A stretch of 63,791 bases of DNA, the filler included, from Collodictyon triciliatum (Eukaryota): the NCBI GenBank assembly GCA_043381765.1. It is 17 parts of 17 records of this genome, joined end to end, with 100 filler letters (N's around TTAATTAATTAA, not from the genome) between each part and the next. Parts side by side here need not be neighbours in the genome. Positions count along the whole stretch, not along the records: positions 60,148 to 63,791 come from JBHJMP010007048.1; 16 more parts are not named here. One strand, 5' to 3'. Both the position numbers and the translations under genes were made by a program. The stretch's first letter is position 1, and each line of letters starts with the position of its first letter. Shown here one piece after another: positions 60,163 through 63,791 of the stretch. A model generated the notes under the pieces. That model was not told the origin of the DNA. It made no database searches and saw nothing but the letters and a program-made list of their open reading frames with translations.

Positions 60163-63100
60163 ATGGGCAACTCGACGCCACAATCTAGTCAGATGCCGAC
60201 CCGTGATACCTCTAAGGGCAATGATTCACAGAGCAAGTTGGGAATAGTTGACGGCAGGATGGTTAGGGTGAACGAAAAATGCGAAAGCTGTCTTTCAGCT
60301 CCAGTTGATGGAATTCCTTAGTAAGCATTTTACCTCCAATATTATTTTATCACTTCATCGTCTTCCATTTATTATCAATAAACTAGGTTCTTTTCATATT
60401 TTCATGAGTTTTTCTGTTTATTCTGTCTATTATTTTATACTTATTTCAATATTATATATTTCCCAACCAGTACAACAGAGGAATACGCGCAAGCGAGACT
60501 GTTTTTTTCAGATTTTGATGGAGCCAGCGATATCAGTCAAGTAAGAATATATCCACATGATTCGGATGTCCACTATATTATTTAATGGTGATAGTTTTTA
60601 TAATTGCAATAATATCTCCTACAATTCTCTCTGCACGATATAATTTTATTTGGAATGTATGAACTAACGTCGTCCTTATGCGTGTATCTAACATCTTGTT
60701 ATTTTGTCTCTTAAAATAATGTTCTCGGGGAAAACCTATGGACGTTAATCAGAAATTATATCACCTGAGAGAATTTTCCTCGTGCTTCGTAAGAAGTTTC
60801 CCTTTTAAGAAGAGTGATTCCCTTGAAAAGATCACTTCAGAATCACCAGCTGAAAACGCTTGCATGTTTCACCCTCTGGACATATGCCTATCATTAGTTC
60901 AGTTTTTGCCTGTTCTGAAGCACATATGTAAGGCATTAACGATATTTTACTTCTTGAAAAAGATATGAACAGTCCCTCGTTTTTTTGAATCACCAAATTT
61001 CTCATTCATTTACCCAAGGACCATTAACATATTAATGCTCCCTTAAATTATAAAGGTGCTGATGAAATTCTCGCTGTCGAATTGAGTCAGCTTCATGAAG
61101 CGGATCTAATTACTTTACAGACTTTGGAGTTAGTTGTACAGGTATTTTCCATCATGAGCCAATGCGAGGCCAATAAGAAAGTTCTGCACCACCACAGAAT
61201 CATCGATGACATAATTGATGCGTATATTACCGTAAGTCATGAATGATTATTTATTTTTTTTTTGCATTACTGTTGGTTTATAAACACGATCTCAGTATAA
61301 GAAATGACAATATTTGAATGGCTCGGAAATCGTAGAAGTTACAATTTTCCACAAAAAAATTATGAGTAGGAGGTAAAATTAATAAAATCCAAAATCAGGT
61401 TATACCGCGCTTGTTGCAATGTGAAAATTCCACAAGTCCAATTCTATCACTGGTTCATAATAGCCTAGCTGGTATATCTAAGGACATTGTCACGTTAATT
61501 GCCTCGCTAGTCGACACACATAACTGGAGAAAAGTTCCATCACTCGCCTCCATATATGTGAATACTGTTTCCACTATTCCTCCATTCATTATAATGTTAA
61601 TCATAGTCACAACTATTTTGAAGATTTTTAGGCAAATATCATAATACTTTGATATTTTATTAGATATTAACATATCTTCTTTCACGTATGTTCTTCAAAT
61701 AGGATATATTTACTGATGCCATGGATGCCCCGGTCACTGAGCATACCTCAGAAGACGCTCAGTCAAATTTTCATCTTGAATATTCAAAATCTTTATCTTT
61801 TATTGGAGCTTTGTTTGGTAAGTAACTAAGATGTCTAGAATCACGTTCACTATTCATTCTATTTACATTCGCTTATATGTCGTTTTGGAAAAGAAAAGAG
61901 GAATTCCTCTTATAGATGTGATACTCGGTGACATATTTCCATTCATTAGTCTCTATATATTCTTCCTTTACTCTTACCCTTTCATGCATTTGAAACGTAG
62001 GCCACATTCAATACCTGCAAATTAGAGAACCACCGGGAACACAGAAAGATGACGATGATACAAATATTTGTACAAAATATGAAATTGTACTGCTGATTGG
62101 TTCCTTTCTGTATGGAACTGGGTAGGGAGGAAGCACATGAGAATATCGAATTAAATTTAAAATATAACTAATAAATGGTTTTTCAAAGGCTCAAATGCTG
62201 CTCATCATATATGCTTTCGGATGGACTTGTTTAACAAAAAAAATAATTAAAAAATTGACAATCAGATCTTCAAAACAAATGTCGCAAGAGCTCTATCGAT
62301 TCTTAGACATTTTAAAGGAGATTATAGGATGGCCAAAATATCCATTAACAAGGTAATTTAAATATTCACAAATAACACTCTTACTACGTATCACTCTCAT
62401 CCATTTGCTTTTGAAAATTAGAAAAAACGCAATCAGGCAGCACTATGAACTCCAAGTTGTTTGCCTGCAACTTTTATGTTTGCTTTTGTATCCGCAGAAC
62501 TTAGCGATTTGATTGTGTCTATATCTTTACTATCTTTGTACATTCTACGCGCAGAAGAAATACTGTATTTATCACCTTGACTATGATGAAGATCTATATA
62601 TGATAATATTGCCAAATTTACATCTATTGGAGGCCCGGATAAATATATCGATATGCTTCTTTTCGTATCGTATCATTTTCCAAGTACACAAGAGACCGCT
62701 GAAGTCGCAGTCCAACCAGGTAAAAAGCTATAAAAAAATTTTCGTGGTGCGGACAAAACATAGCTAGATAGTATTTTAATCATTCTTTTCTCTATGGACT
62801 GTATGTAGTGATAGAATCCACTATACCCGATTTTACTACGGAAGATCTTAGATTGAGGTATTTGAAGTATTCTCGGTCGACTTCTGTCAATCCTCTTCCT
62901 CCACCGTTGGTACCTAAGCAACTACTGCCATCCGCAGAGCTGTCTGTCATTTTTGATGTCTTCTTATATCTCGTCGTATCATTTTGGATAAATTTTAGCA
63001 ATGTCGCTTCCGAGCCAGATGACAGTAAAGGTATGTTGTTATTTCCTAACACTCGTCTTCATCATACACGAACCAAACATGATGATGGTTTTTTATCTTC

Positions 63101-63791
63101 AATAATTCCTCCGCTTTTATTTTTACCCACACTCATTCCCTATACCGATGCAAGTTAAAGTCTATCGGAAGAATCCCTTTCTCAGTGTCTTGTTGGATGT
63201 GTTTAATCCTGAAGTAAGAAATACCAAACATAATCGGGAATCTCGATACAGACTGCGAACCGTCACTCCAGATATTCAAGTATGTCAGATTGCTATACAT
63301 TTCATTATCCTTAGAAAGTTTTAAGATTGCGATCAATCCGTAAATGAGTATGATTATTTAAGTGTTGATTTGTTCATCAAGATTATCACTATACTTGGAT
63401 TTACTCGCCTGTTGAATGAGGAAATTCCAGAACAACTCCAAAACGGAGCACCGATGTATTCACTTATATTTGGCGAATCAGAAACCACCGTCTATGACAT
63501 TTTTCTTGGAGAATATTTCTTTTTTGCAAAAAATTATCTACAGCAGGTACCAGGGAATATGCTTATAATACTTTTTTTTAAAAAAAAATATCTTATTACT
63601 TGTTTTCTTAAAAAAAGAAAAGAGAAAGGAATAGTGTATCATCCAGAAATATGTTATTGGATGTGAACTTTGGTCATCATCGAAAAAATATTATGATATA
63701 TAGGATACATCGCCATCAACAAGGTGGCTTTATTCGAAACTACAGGCCACAGTCCTGGGATTCATAAAATTTGCCGGAACTTTAAGACGAA
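60163..63791 (+). CDS. Unidentified multi-exon, probably alpha-helical protein starting MGNSTPQ; 3' partial
   Basis: A series of GT-AG bounded, less AT-rich open segments, e.g. GADEILAVELSQLHEADLITLQTLELVVQVFSIMSQCEANKKVL at about 61056-61231. No family recognised. Confidence 0.45.

Overview
This window is not one contiguous locus. It is a concatenation of about 17 short contigs (about 3.65 kb each, roughly size-sorted) joined by artificial N...TTAATTAATTAA...N linkers, so neighbours across linkers are uninformative. The source is an AT-rich, intron-rich, microsatellite-laden eukaryote using the standard code, probably a flagellated protist (DRC8/EFCAB2, STPG1-like and NEK8-like genes). Housekeeping fragments include condensin II NCAPD3, a VIT-vWA protein, a BRSK-like kinase tail, FAN/NSMAF, a CNBD K+ channel and a NEK-RCC1 kinase. 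The main highlight is two diverged, decayed copies of a Fanzor1 (eukaryotic TnpB-like RNA-guided RuvC nuclease) element, at 18914-21776 (+) and 26306-28766 (-). Copy 1 has a 12-bp inverted repeat pair and a structured 3' region that is a candidate omegaRNA. Both copies carry a small, divergently oriented, apparently spliced cargo gene whose differences include many synonymous changes. Several innate-immunity-like genes are also present: a TPR-pentapeptide-WD40 protein with homogenised 135-bp repeats and hypervariable positions, a NACHT NTPase with an unassigned N-terminal domain and an internal RGG|GCxxS motif, a signal-peptide WD40 protein, an LRR multipass receptor and an RNF213-like E3 fragment. 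All family calls come from manual translation and motif recognition; no database searches were run.
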